A DNA stretch of 64,000 bases from an uncultured Planctomycetota bacterium (GCA_963823665.1 CAWGMQ010000008.1:1088001-1152000), one strand, 5' to 3'. Positions 1 to 11,134 are shown, numbered from the stretch's first letter. Numbers and translations: made by a program. The notes: generated from the letters alone by a model not told the origin.

Positions 1-59
1 AGGGCTTCGAGCTCAGAGAGCGCAACTGTCTCTTTTTGAACGAGTGGAGACTCAGGCAT
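1..59 (-). CDS. 5' end of a gene running off the window edge (MPESPLVQKETVALSELEA...); possibly the FtsK/EccC-like ATPase expected after a WXG100 cluster
   Basis: ATG at 59 preceded by AAGGA on the minus strand, with an open frame to base 1. The product is guessed from context only. Confidence 0.4.
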   Translation of the reverse strand, partial: MPESPLVQKETVALSELEA

Positions 60-158
60 GATCCTTGATCCGTCTAGAAGGCTATCGCAGGCTTTTTTGC
101 CGAAGAGATCGTCAGTTGTTTATCGATGACGCGGCCGCAGGCGAGGCCCGAGCGTCTG

Positions 159-371
159 TCAGTCTTCCTTGCACTGAGCCCGGATCTTTCCGAGTGTCTC
201 GGAGACCTTCTCCATACCGGTGATCGCGCCTTTGGTCAGTTGTTCGAGAGGCTGGAGGTGAATCCGCTCGAAATCGCGGGAAACGGGGTCGTCCCATGCT
301 TCCTGGGTGATGTCCCACTGCTCCCTGAGGTGTTTCAGCGCGTGATGAAGCCGTCCCGAGTGAGCGCTCAT
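159..371 (-). CDS. Small WXG100-like helical protein (70 aa)
   Basis: Helix-turn-helix pattern with a W-D-D turn (QEAWDDPVSRDFE), similar to SQTWRDREHDKF of the neighbouring WXG100 protein. ATGA overlap with the upstream gene. Confidence 0.75.
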   Translation of the reverse strand: MSAHSGRLHHALKHLREQWDITQEAWDDPVSRDFERIHLQPLEQLTKGAITGMEKVSETLGKIRAQCKED

Positions 372-1051
372 GAAGTCCTCCCGGAAACCAGGGGAGCGGC
401 CTCGCCCGGCGCGATGGCCGTTCCGTCGCCTGTTGATTCGGTCTTGGTCTCGCCGCCCGCCGGAGCGGCGTCAGCCGCCGATGCCGTGGTCGCCTCACCC
501 GAGCCCGTCGAGCTGCCGGCCGACGTCGGCCCCGAAGCCGCGGCTGTCTCGAACACCGGAGCTGTCGGTGCCCGCAGTGCCAGATAAGATTCGACGGCCA
601 TGATCATCTTTTCCAGCCCGGCCATGCTCTTCTCGAAGCCCCCGGAGATATGATCTCCCAGGGGCTGAGAGTGGGAGTGGTATTCATCGATCGCGTGATG
701 AAGTTGAGGAATGAGCCGCTTGACGAGCGCGACCATTTCTTCCGCCTTGCGCAGCCGCTTCTGGGCTTCGCGGACGGCCTCCTTCTGGTCGGAGTCGGAG
801 ACGGCGTCGCTGCCCTGCTGCGAAAGTTGACGCTTGTGGAGATCGGCCCGCGCTTGCTGTAGAATCTCGGATCTTCTTTTGATTTGCGCCTGCCAGTAGC
901 CGAGCTGGTCGCGCTCGAGCCAGTCGCGAGTCCGACGCAGCTCCATGTCCACACCGCCCAGGGAGCTGCGAGCCTCCTCGGCGAAGTTGGCCATCGCGAC
1001 TTTGAAATCCTTGAGCGCCTGAACGGACAGGATGTTGGCTGATCGGCTCAT
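368..1051 (-). CDS. Coiled-coil protein in the WXG100 cluster (227 aa, low-complexity C-terminal tail)
   Basis: Long amphipathic helices, AGGA SD upstream, tightly packed between two WXG100-like genes. Confidence 0.8.
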   Translation of the reverse strand: MSRSANILSVQALKDFKVAMANFAEEARSSLGGVDMELRRTRDWLERDQLGYWQAQIKRRSEILQQARADLHKRQLSQQGSDAVSDSDQKEAVREAQKRLRKAEEMVALVKRLIPQLHHAIDEYHSHSQPLGDHISGGFEKSMAGLEKMIMAVESYLALRAPTAPVFETAAASGPTSAGSSTGSGEATTASAADAAPAGGETKTESTGDGTAIAPGEAAPLVSGRTS

Positions 1052-1060
1052 GGCTCGTTC

Positions 1061-1333
1061 CTAACGCTGTTGCAGGTATTCTTCGATTCGTTCGGCCTTG
1101 CGAAGCAGGAATGGGATGTGCTGGTTGGTCGATTCCGTAAACCGTTTCACGACCTGGAGCGTCTGCTCGAACTGCTCGACGAATTTGTCGTGCTCCCGGT
1201 CGCGCCACGTCTGGCTAAGGCCTGCCAGTTGGCCATGCAGCGCGGTTAACTGGCCGATCATCTCGTTGTTGAACTGCTTGAGACGAGCCGCGAATCGACG
1301 CAGCTCTTCCGGGTTGACAATGGCTTGAGACAT
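1061..1333 (-). CDS. WXG100/ESAT-6 family type VII secretion substrate (90 aa)
   Basis: MSQAIVNPEELRRFAARLKQF...TWRD...F: canonical length, v.PeeL N-terminus and central W-x-D variant of WXG. Start set at MSQ after a GAGG SD. Confidence 0.9.
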   Translation of the reverse strand: MSQAIVNPEELRRFAARLKQFNNEMIGQLTALHGQLAGLSQTWRDREHDKFVEQFEQTLQVVKRFTESTNQHIPFLLRKAERIEEYLQQR

Positions 1334-1562
1334 TTCGGGCCTCGCTTCCGCGACGAGAGTTTTGAGAAACAGGAAGTGCCTTCGAGGCAGTGTACCGTCA
1401 CCACGATGGCACACTACTCGGCCCGGCGCTCTGAACTGACCACTTTGATGTTATTCGTCCCTGGCCGGCCTGTAAAGCCGGCGCCGGTTGCAAGTGGCGA
1501 AGCGGCAGCGCCAAACGGACTGCCGTGTCTTTCGAATTGATTCTGCATCAACCGCCATCCGC

Positions 1563-2260
1563 CTATGTTCGCCCGCGCCCGCTGAGCACGTCCCAGATCA
1601 TCTGGATCACGACTTCGTAAGCATTGCTCCAGCTTCCCTCGCGGAAGAATTGCACAGGTGCGTCCGGGCTGCCGATGAACGGGCGGAGCACCCAGGCCAT
1701 CTGGATGCCGACGAACACGTAGATCAGCAGCCAGACAAACAGCATCCAGCGATGTTTGGGATCGCTCTTGATCAGAGGTTGGTAGCTCCGCCGCAGCATC
1801 CATTGGGCGCTGGCGCTGGCCACCGCGAATATCACGCCATTGAAGAGAATTGCAGGCTGGTAACGGCTGCCGCAAACATACCAGAACGCCGTATAAGGCG
1901 CGAGCGCCGAGAGGATGATCGTAAGCCCAGCCTGAGTGGCGAGCAAAGCACGAATCACCCTGGGAAAATCGGCTCGTAGCCCGAGCAGCGTGTTGACGAC
2001 AAAGAAACTAGGCAAGCTCAACAAGAACGTGATGAATAACAGGAACGGGACCTTGAGGGCGGAATACACAACCTGCCACACTCTGGGCCCGCCGAACCCG
2101 CTGTACGCTCCCATGACTCCGCCGTAGAACATCCCGAACGCGGCGATCGCCAGGGTAAGCGATGCAAGGGATCGCGCCGGCTCTTGATTCGATCGTTCGG
2201 CGCAGATTCGCCGCGCAGGATATCGCTCGTCATTCGAAGTAGAGCGGCGACGGAATTCAT
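1563..2260 (-). CDS. Multi-pass membrane protein, paralog of 2283-3110 (one frameshift near 2180-2200)
   Basis: N-terminus MNSVAALLRMTSDILRG lies in a different frame from the hydrophobic body. Shares DxILRG, KVPxLF, PSxxVxNxLxG and QMxWVLRPFxG motifs with the neighbour. Confidence 0.8.
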
Positions 2261-2282
2261 GACGCGACACTCGACCATTCAA

Positions 2283-3110
2283 TCACGAAAACAGGCTCCG
2301 GAACGTGCGCACGACGGCCTGGAAGAAGTTTGAGTCGCGCGGGCGAAGCCAGGTGAACGGAGAATTGGGGCTGCCCACGAACGGACGCAGCACCCAGCCC
2401 ATCTGGGCACCCACCAAGGCGAAGACAATGACCCAGAGCCGGAACACGGTCTTGACGTGCTGGCTCAAGACCCTGTTCTCAAGCGGATCGAGCGCGCCCG
2501 ACGGGTCGTCAAAGACAAGTGATTCCGGCTCCGTTTGCGCCGGTCGCGTCGCAGGAAGGAGCGGCTGAGAATCGACCGCGCTCAAACGGTGCAGAGTTTG
2601 CAGCAGGAACGCCATGCCGAGTGTCCCGGCCACGGTAAACACGACGACGTTGAACAGAAGCATGAACGGATAGCTGGACGTGCTCACCGAGAAGAAAGCG
2701 ACGATCGGTCCCAGCGACGACAGCACCGCCACCATCACGCCCAGTGACGCGACCAGCAATCGCGCGACCGTCACCAAGGTCAACCGCGAACCGACCAATG
2801 CGTTGAAGACATAAAGCGACGGGAAAGTCACCAGCAGCGTCAAATAGAACAAGAGTGGAACCTTGAGCATGCTCGCCAGCACCTGGATCGGATTAGCCCC
2901 CTGCGACCGGAAAACGGCGAACGTTCCCATGCACACTCCATAGATCATCGCCAGCACGATGATGATCAGCGAGAGGCGTCGCGAATTGACTTCGAGCCCG
3001 CCCCTGCGCAGCGATGACACCCGTGTCAGATCGCCTCGGAGTATCGAGTCCAGCTCCGCGAACCAACCGGCGATTCCGGCTCTCTTCACACCCGGTTTGT
3101 CGGTCGACAT
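2283..3110 (-). CDS. Multi-pass membrane protein of unknown function (Yip1-like topology)
   Basis: About 5-6 hydrophobic segments, GAQMGWVLRPFVG motif, GGAGG SD about 7 nt before MSTDK. Confidence 0.85.
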   Translation of the reverse strand: MSTDKPGVKRAGIAGWFAELDSILRGDLTRVSSLRRGGLEVNSRRLSLIIIVLAMIYGVCMGTFAVFRSQGANPIQVLASMLKVPLLFYLTLLVTFPSLYVFNALVGSRLTLVTVARLLVASLGVMVAVLSSLGPIVAFFSVSTSSYPFMLLFNVVVFTVAGTLGMAFLLQTLHRLSAVDSQPLLPATRPAQTEPESLVFDDPSGALDPLENRVLSQHVKTVFRLWVIVFALVGAQMGWVLRPFVGSPNSPFTWLRPRDSNFFQAVVRTFRSLFS

Positions 3111-3149
3111 TCTCATCCCTCCCCGAATCCCGCGATGGACATCAGGCAC

Positions 3150-3180
3150 TTACTTTGCATTGCAAAGTAAACAAAGTCAA
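3150..3180 (-). promoter_or_regulatory. Palindromic operator TTACTTTGCA-T-TGCAAAGTAA overlapping a candidate sigma70 promoter (TTGACT -35)
   Basis: Perfect 10-bp inverted arms at 3150-3170 in an AT-rich patch 40 bp upstream of the membrane-protein pair. Confidence 0.7.
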
Positions 3181-3318
3181 GCCGCGTTTTTGGGTTATTC
3201 TTCTCGCTGCGGTACGAGGCTGAGCTTGGGTCTCCCGCCTCGGGCGCCGGGGTGAGCGGTCCCTTCAGAGGCGTCTGCACGTGCGATCAATCGATTCAGG
3301 AACGGCTTCGTCAACTGT

Positions 3319-6300
3319 CTACTTGCCGGCAACAGCCGGGTGCGATTCCACCGCGACCTCCGCCGCGCTCATCACGGGCCGGCCTTCGACCTCGCTCAAG
3401 CCGTGGAGCTGAACGTAGCGTGCCGGCGGACCCGATAGCGGAACATATTTATGTGTTGTGTCGTTTTGCCATCGCCCCGAGGCGAGGATGCGGCTCCACG
3501 AGTGACCGTCGGTCGACGTCCGGATTTCAAAGTCTTTTACCCTGCCGTTGGGGCTGTCCTGACGAGGAATGTAGAGCAGCCCATCGACGTCGCGCAGGCT
3601 GCCCAGGTCGACGACCAGGTCGTGAGGGTAACCGGGGCTGGCGCCGACAAATTCGGTGTGCCAGATCGTCGAGAGGTCGCCGTCGCCGGCCAGTGCCGGC
3701 GCGTAGCCGGGTGAGTAGCTGTCGGCCGAATAGGTCTCCGCCTGGGAACCGCCCGCGGCCGATCGCGACGCCTCGCGAATCCAGTCCAGGATCGCGCGAA
3801 AAGCGGGCGAGTCGGTGTTTTCCCAGCGCACACCGCCGACGTGGGTCAATCCCGTCGGGCTGGCTGGATCAGCGCCACCGGCGCCGTGCGGGCTGCGCGG
3901 CTTGCGCAGGATCAAGCTGGCTTCGGGCTCGCCCAGGTTCACCACCTTGAGCGCGGAATTAAAATTGACCATCAGTTGTTCGATGCTGTTCTCGCCGCCG
4001 GGAGTGGTGGGAGCGATTCGCAGAATCGTGTGATTGCCGTGGCAGTTCGCGCAGGCCTGTTGATCCTCGCCCGTCCGGTAGAAAAGAGGGTTGATCTTCT
4101 TCCGAAAGGTCGAGAAGCTCAGCAGCCGCGATCTGCCTAGCTCGACGTCGGCCGCCAGCGTGGCTGAGTTCAGCCCATTCGCAGCGAGCAAGCCCAACGC
4201 GCGTGATCTGAGGGCCGGGTCACGGGCGAGTGCCATGACTCGTCTGGCCAGGGCCAATGTGCTCTCTTTGCCACCTGCGAGAAGCTGCTGGGAGTCGACG
4301 ACCGATAGCGCGAGCTCGCGCACCCGCGAGTCGGGGTCGACCAGGAGCCGCTTGACGTGCTCGAGGGCATCGGGCCGGCTCCAAAAACCGGTGCGATTGG
4401 CGCTTAATTCGAGCCCTTGCCGGCGCAGGGCAGGGGAGTCGTCGGCCAGCGCGGAGAGCAGCAGAGACGTTGCCGCGCGCGATGACCAGAGTCTGGGAAG
4501 GCTGCTCACGCCTGCAAGTGTGTGTTCGCGCACCGCGGGCGACGAATCCGATAACCCGCGTCGCAGGATCTCAAGCGCGGACGCCGGCGGATCGGCTTGA
4601 TCCAGAATGTCACGGCGCGCGAGCAACACGTCGATGGCTTCGACTCGCTGCGGCTGGTTCAATCGCGGCCAGGCGCGTTCGAGCAGCGAGACGACTTCGG
4701 CGTCGGCAAGCACGGCCCATTTGAGCACCGGCAGCAAGCTTGGGGCGGCCTCGGGATTCCCGATCAGCTTACGGATTGTTCCCAGGATTTCCGGGCTGGT
4801 AGAAAGGCGGTGGTTTCGTCCGATCGCCTGCAGAACGGCCTCTCGGCCCTCCGGCGAGCTCTCGAGCGCAGACCGCAGTGCTGCGATTTGCCGTGGGTCG
4901 GTCTCCGCCCCGCGAGGATCGAGGCTCGTCGAAACGAGCGCCCGGGCCGCCTCACGAACTTCGGGTTCAGGATCTGAAAGGTGTTCCAGCACGGCCAACT
5001 GAAGGCCTGGGGATTCCGACTGTTCCATCACGCGGAAGAACGCGGCGAGCTTGAACGCCTGGGCGCGGGATCGAGGCGGCAACGATATCTCGAAGAGCCG
5101 CGCAAATACGGATTCGAGCACCCGGGGATCGGGGTGAAAGAGGAAGCCGAATTCGCGGTCGTTGCCGACGTCGATCATCGCCTCGGGCTGCCTGGCGTAG
5201 AATCGTCCCTTGAAGAATGATCCGTCAAAGGCATCGAGCAAGGCGCAGGCCTGGCGCTCATTGCCGGCTTGCAGCGCCGCCACGACCGGAGCGAACAACA
5301 CGGTGCGCTCGAATTCGCGGCGGGCCTCGAGGATGCGCGGTCGCATGGCGGGCGGAAGCTGCTCGATGTTCTTCTGGAGGCTGACGCCGCCCCCGAGGTT
5401 CTCGTCGAGCATGATGTAGAGACCTTCACTCAGGTTCTTGCGCACGACCTCGGTCTCGGGCACGGCCATCCTGGCCAGGTAGGTCTCCACGATCCGGCGT
5501 GCCAGCGCCCGGTCTTTGGTTCGATAAAACCACTGACGAAGGGTTTTCGCCGCCTGGAGCCGCGTCCACAAGTCCGGGTCGTGTGCAAGCTCGATCAGTC
5601 GATTTGCCAGATCCCCTCGCTCATCCATTCCGTAGAATTGGTAGGCGAAAACTCGAGTCGCCCCGCGGCGAATACGGGGATCTGCATCATCGAGCGCTCG
5701 CTTGATCACGTCCACGCCGATGCCGTCGTTCCCGAGCCTGCGCAGGGCCCAGGCGGCCGCGCGCCACACGATCTTGGAGGGGTCTGCGAGCCGCGCCGCC
5801 AGCGGCTCGGCCGACTCGGCCTGCCCCAGCCGGCCCAGCGCGGCTGCGGCCGCCGCGCAGCTTGCGGCTCGCGGCATTCGAGCAGCTTGGCAATCGCCCG
5901 GGCGAATCGTGCACGATCTGCCTCGGGCACATCCCAGAGGTTCTCCAGATCGTCGAGGGTGTTCACCAGCGAGTCGGTTCGCGGTAGCTGCGCCGGGCCT
6001 TTCACTCGGTTTCCCCAGCCGCGCAGCGGAGCCTCTTGGCGGGGAAACGCCTCGGCGAGAGCCATCACGGCAAAGCGCGTTTCCCGCATGGGGGTGCGGA
6101 AGTTCTCATGGGTGGTGGTCTGGAACCAACCGCCGAAATCCTGCTGCTGGGCCAGCAGGTAGCGCCAGGCCTTCACGAGCGCCGGGTGGTCGCGCGGCAG
6201 ACCGGTTCGAAGCAGCGTCCAGGCGAGCTGCCCGGTGGTGTAGACGGCGCTCGGGCCTCGGTCGGAGTCGGTCTCGTGCCAGCCTCCGTCGTCATTCTGG

Positions 6301-7901
6301 ATCCTCATCAGTAGGCCGGTCTCACGCTTGATCTTGCTGGCGAAGGCCGCCTTGTCCAGCAGCGACCAGGCATAGAGCCGGTGAATCCGATCTTGCAGGG
6401 TCTCGATCCGGCGGTCGGCCGAGCGTTCACCCAGTATGGTGGAAATCGACGCGGCCGCCTGGGTGAAGTCTGCCCGGCCGGTCCGCGCGCCGAGCTCGCT
6501 CAAGACCCGCCAGTCGCGCCAGGCGATGCCGAACTTGCTGTCGAGGGGAATCACGCCGTTCTGCTCGTCGGCCGGCAGCTCCCGTCGGGTTGCCCACGCT
6601 CGCTCAAGGAAAGGACCGAATCGCTCGACGGTCTTCGTCTGCTTGCCGCTCACCTGACGCTCAAAATCGAGCAGGATGCCCCCTTGCTTGCCCTGGGCCT
6701 GGAGCGGGATGCCGATGAATCGCTGCCAGAACACACCGTCGTCGCCGTACAGTGGCGTGTTCGAGTTGTAGAGCCGGTCGATCACATACTGAAAGTTGGA
6801 TTTCGAGCGAATCTCGTAACCATTTCGATGGGCGGTCAGGTTGGCCTCGGTCGAAAAGCTTGAGGGGTGGCAGGCCGTGCAGCGAGTGGCCGTGTCGTGC
6901 ATATTGGCCGAGCGAACGTAGATATTCCCTTCACGCGGTACCTGGGCAAACCAGGCATCGCCGACATTCATGATGTAGTGCATCCCCGCCTCGACCGCCC
7001 TCGACGCCTCGTCGTACGGAGGCACCGGCAGCACGCGGGTGCGCAAGATGTAATCGGGATGGTTGGCGTTCACTTCGAGATAGTAGGTCCCGCGGGTGAA
7101 TACCCGGCTGATGTGCTTGGAGTAGCGCTCACGTTCGCGGTCATGCACGACCTCCATCGGATCCTTGCCGGCCAGGAACGGAGCTATTGTGTTGTTCGTT
7201 TTCGGGTCGACCGTGTAAACGCGAAGATTGGCCGAGACGTCGCGATCCAGCAGATCGAGCTGCAAATACACCAGGGTGGGTGTGTCTTGCGTGATCTCGA
7301 ATCGGAACCAGTCGAGGCCGGACTTTCCCTCGGCGCGGTTCTCGAGATAGTCGACATCGTCGGCGGAGCCGTAGACGTCGCGACCGAGCCGTATGTGATT
7401 CGCTTGCGGCCACGAGTCGTTGGGCTCGGCCTCGATGGCGGCGCGATCAGGCTCCGGGAGTTGCGTGTGATGCCATTCGACGCGGACGCCGAGCGGAGCG
7501 TCCTCCGCTGTCGCGACCCGGGCGAGGCTCACCTGGGCCTGGCCATTCACGCGAGGCCGATACGAGAAGTAGAGATCGGGATCGCCCGCGTGGAGTCCCT
7601 TGGCGATCCGGTCCCCGCCGGCAGCGGCCAGCTCGACCTCGACGCGATCGCCGAGGGCCCCGGGGGTGCGTTCCAGCGTAACCTGAAGGCCATACGTCTC
7701 GCCGGCTAGCACCGGGCCGAGTGATAGGCTCTCGCGCCCACCCGCCTTTAGCGAGATGGAACGCGGCAGAGTTCCTGCCTGCAAGGCGTGGGATTGGGGA
7801 GCTCCAGCGGTGCTGATTTCCTGCGCGGCCAGCCGCAGCCCGACCAGACCGAGAATCAAGGCGCACGAAACCGGCCAACGCGCACCTGGCATCCCTGGCA
7901 T
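3319..7901 (-). CDS. Giant (~1530 aa) exported protein: signal peptide, PPC-like domain, CxxCH, prenyltransferase/squalene-cyclase-like repeats, HEAT repeats, second CxxCH, C-terminal F5/8 type C domain (frameshift near 5855)
   Basis: Joins ORFs 5706-8096 and 3319-5877. Motifs: EAEPND, CTACH (6867-6881), QNDDGGW/QQDFGGW, LxDxxxxVR HEAT repeats, CANCH (4039-4053), DGDLSTIWH...PARYVQL. Confidence 0.85.
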
Positions 7902-8321
7902 CTCTGCTGTGCCTCCCAGTTTCATCGCCCTTAGCTCGCGACGATTCATTGTCGAGCCCGGGAGGATTTGTTGCAACCGTTGTATCGCGACTATCGAGCT
8001 TGAAGTGGGTGACCCGGCTCGCGTTTCCGCGACTTGACTTTTCGTCGCGGCGCGCAAAAATAGAGTGGACGCTGCGGCGGCCAAGCACGTACTCAAGTAC
8101 CAGGATGAAGTCTTAGCCCTGGCGCGTGAGTGTCGCTTTTAGCGACGAATCCCCTCGTGGGAGCGCGAACTTCCTTGTGTAGTCCGCCGCGGCGTCTTTT
8201 TTTTTGCGCGCGCTCGGGGAGAACGGCGGTCGCATCTCTTCACGTGTCCCTGACGGACCCGAACCGTTCTCGAAGTATGTGTCTGTCCCAAGAATTCCCG
8301 GCTCGATCGCGCGCGGCCGAT

Positions 8322-8843
8322 CTACCCGGCGCGGCGGTTCTCTTCGCGCTTTCCCGCGAGCGATGGGTCTTTGCCTGATGAGATCGGCCGGCTGAACGAC
8401 GCCTGCGCGGGTTGCTCGATCGACGCGTAGTCAGTGAAATGCATCCGAAGACCTTCGTGACGCGTGTTGGCGCTCACGACGATTTCCGCAATCTCTGATA
8501 AGCCAGAATCCACGAGAGTGGACAGACCGTAGAGTCGCCCGAACGGAGGCACGACGCCGGGCTCGCAGTCAGGAAAGCTCGCCAGCAGTTCTTCCGGCGT
8601 GGCGAGTCGAAGGTCAGAGACCGGAAAGCCCGTCACCTGGCTTAATCGGTCCAGGTCGATGCGGCACGACGCGGGCAGAACCGCCAGCAAGAATGAGTCG
8701 GCTGCCCGAATCAGCACGGCCTTGGCGACGGAGCGCCCGGTGATGTGGGCGTTCCGCGCCCGCCTCGCCGACGACGAGGCCGGCTGATAAAGCAAAGCCT
8801 CGAACCAGACACCCTTGCTTCGCAGAAAGTCCTGGATGTACAC
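8322..8843 (-). CDS. YbaK/EbsC family aminoacyl-tRNA deacylase
   Basis: VAKAVLI, LAVLPA, LRLATPEEL...FPDCEPGVVPPFG motifs. Confidence 0.9.
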   Translation of the reverse strand: MYIQDFLRSKGVWFEALLYQPASSSARRARNAHITGRSVAKAVLIRAADSFLLAVLPASCRIDLDRLSQVTGFPVSDLRLATPEELLASFPDCEPGVVPPFGRLYGLSTLVDSGLSEIAEIVVSANTRHEGLRMHFTDYASIEQPAQASFSRPISSGKDPSLAGKREENRRAG

Positions 8844-9132
8844 GGGCGTCTCTCCTCGAGTCGATGGTGTTGTTCTATGGAATTATAGGACACCTGGAGA
8901 AAATGCACGTTCTGTGCCGGAAACTCGGTGGCCGCACATTGCTCATCATCGTTAGAGCCGGTCTGTGTGCGGTGAGAGAAACCGTAGAGAATTGAAGCCA
9001 ATGACTCTGAGCCGAACCCGAACGTGGCGGGACGGAGTCCACTTGCGCGGGCATGCCTCTTGTAACGTGGGCCGGAAGTCGGTACCGTGCCAGGGGTTTG
9101 CTTGGGTGGGTGCGCCATGGAGGTACACCAGC

Positions 9133-10128
9133 GTGCCGGCTAACCTTCCGCCTCAGTACCTCAAGGTCGAGGATGAGTATCGCAACGCTCAGACCGCGGA
9201 GCAGCGGCTGGACAAGCTCCGGGAGATGTTCCGGCTACTTCCCAAGCACAAGGGGACTGAGAGACTCCAGTCGGACCTCAAGCAGAAAATCAGTCATCTC
9301 AAGGACGAACTGTCGCGCGGGAAGGCGCAAGGAAAGAGAGGCGGCGTCAGCTACCATGTGCCGCGAGAAGGGGCAGGTCAGTTGATGTTGATCGGGCCGC
9401 CGAACGCCGGGAAGAGCTCGCTGCTGGCAGCGCTCACTTCCGCCCGGCCGGAGATCGCGCCTTATCCGTATACAACGCGACTCCCTCAGCCGGGGATCAT
9501 GATGTGGCAAGATGTGTCCGTCCAGCTTGTCGACCTCCCGGCCATCTCTGTTGAATTCGTTGAGCCATGGTTGCCGAACGTGATTCGTTCCGGTGATGCG
9601 GCAGTTCTGGTGGCTGACCTGGCGACGGACGAGGTGGCGGACGCGTCACAGGCCGTGCTTGACCGCCTCGCACAAAGTCACACCGAGCTGGTTGGCGAGC
9701 TTCCCTTTGACAACCAGGATGAGTCGACCCGGCACTTGAAAACGGTGATGGCGGCCAACAAGGTCGACTGCGACGGAGCGCGCGAGCGGCTAGAGATTCT
9801 TCGCGAGTGGTTCGAGCCGCAGTTTCCGATCGTCTCCGTTTCGGCAACAACTGGAGAGGGGCTGGAATCGTTGCGCACAGCTTCATACCATTTACTGGGT
9901 CTGATGCGCATCTATACGAAGGTTCCCGGCAAGCCGGCTGATCGGGCGCGGCCGTTTGCGCTACCGATCGGGAGTACCGTTCTCGATCTGGCCCGGGAGA
10001 TTCATCGGGATTTCGAGCATTCGCTCAAGTCAGCGCGGATCTGGGGCACGGGGGTATTCGATGGTCAATCCGCCAAGCATGATCACGAGCTGCATGATGG
10101 TGACCTGGTCGAACTGCATGTCTCGTGA
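9133..10128 (+). CDS. DRG-like Obg-family GTPase with C-terminal TGS domain
   Basis: GGAGG SD then GTG (PANLPPQY). PKHKGTE, G1 GPPNAGKSS, G2 YPYTT, G3 DLP, G4 NKVD, TGS RIYTK...ARIWG...HELHDGDLVELH. Confidence 0.92.
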   Translation: MPANLPPQYLKVEDEYRNAQTAEQRLDKLREMFRLLPKHKGTERLQSDLKQKISHLKDELSRGKAQGKRGGVSYHVPREGAGQLMLIGPPNAGKSSLLAALTSARPEIAPYPYTTRLPQPGIMMWQDVSVQLVDLPAISVEFVEPWLPNVIRSGDAAVLVADLATDEVADASQAVLDRLAQSHTELVGELPFDNQDESTRHLKTVMAANKVDCDGARERLEILREWFEPQFPIVSVSATTGEGLESLRTASYHLLGLMRIYTKVPGKPADRARPFALPIGSTVLDLAREIHRDFEHSLKSARIWGTGVFDGQSAKHDHELHDGDLVELHVS

Positions 10129-10216
10129 GTCGGGGTTATTCAGCCGATCGAGCGTTTTGGGTATAAGATTGCGTGCCGGGGTACAGCAAGTTCCCACATG
10201 AGCGAACCCTAGTGGA

Positions 10217-11134
10217 ATGGCGGGCAACGGTATGACGGGTACGGCCCTCATCGTGGAAGATCATCCAGAACAGGCGGAGCTCGTCGCCCGGATCCTGAGC
10301 ACGCGCGCTTTTCGATCGGTGGTGGCCCAGAACGGTGAGACGGCGTTGCGGATGGCCCGCGAGTGCCTTCCCGACGTCGTACTTCTGGACCTGATGCTCC
10401 CGGACATCAACGGATTCGATGTTTGCCGGCAGCTTCGCACCGATCGGACCACGATGCTCATTCCGATTGTCATGCTCACGGCGCTCAATGACGTGCAGCA
10501 CCGCGTGCACGGATTCCGCGTCGGTGCCAACGCGTATGTCACCAAGCCGTATGGCGTGGATGATCTCTTCGACGCAATCGAGGTTGCCCGCGCCTGGCGG
10601 ACGAGCATCGGCACGCGGGACCTTCAGGGCGAGATTCACGTCGAGATCAACAGCGAGATTAATTTGCTGCAGGATCTGAACGACTTTTCGATGCTGATCT
10701 GCCAATCGACGCCGCTGGCTGATGACCAGGTGGTGCAGCTTCGCCAAGCCGTCATGGAAATGGCTCAAAATGCGATCGAGTGGGGCAACCTCCACCAGTC
10801 GGATCGCCTGGTGAGCATCACGTATCGCGTGCGCGACACCAGCCTGGAAATTGTGGTACGCGACCAGGGACCGGGCTTCGATCGGACGAGCATGCCGCAT
10901 GCCGCCATCGCGGGCGATCCGTTCACGCATCTCGACGTCCGCGAGAAACTCGGCCTGCGTGCGGGTGGATTTGGCCTCCTGATCTGTCAAGGGATGGTCG
11001 ATGAAATGTTATACAACGATCAGGGTAACGAGGTGACGCTCATCAAACGGTTCGGCTCCGGCACTCCGTCGCGTCAAGAAACGCGCAGCTCGAGCTACAA
11101 CGGCTCGAGCAGCTACGACGACGCATCGAGGTAA
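10217..11134 (+). CDS. Response regulator receiver fused to an RsbW/SpoIIAB-like HATPase domain
   Basis: REC (IVED, LLDLMLP, YVTKP) plus EMAQNAIEWGN, DQGPGFD, GGFGLLI, YNDQGNEV. Confidence 0.9.
   Translation: MAGNGMTGTALIVEDHPEQAELVARILSTRAFRSVVAQNGETALRMARECLPDVVLLDLMLPDINGFDVCRQLRTDRTTMLIPIVMLTALNDVQHRVHGFRVGANAYVTKPYGVDDLFDAIEVARAWRTSIGTRDLQGEIHVEINSEINLLQDLNDFSMLICQSTPLADDQVVQLRQAVMEMAQNAIEWGNLHQSDRLVSITYRVRDTSLEIVVRDQGPGFDRTSMPHAAIAGDPFTHLDVREKLGLRAGGFGLLICQGMVDEMLYNDQGNEVTLIKRFGSGTPSRQETRSSSYNGSSSYDDASR

Noticed and set aside
5706..7000. Squalene-hopene cyclase
   Set aside because: Only QxxxGGW-type repeats are present; there is no DxDD motif and the architecture differs
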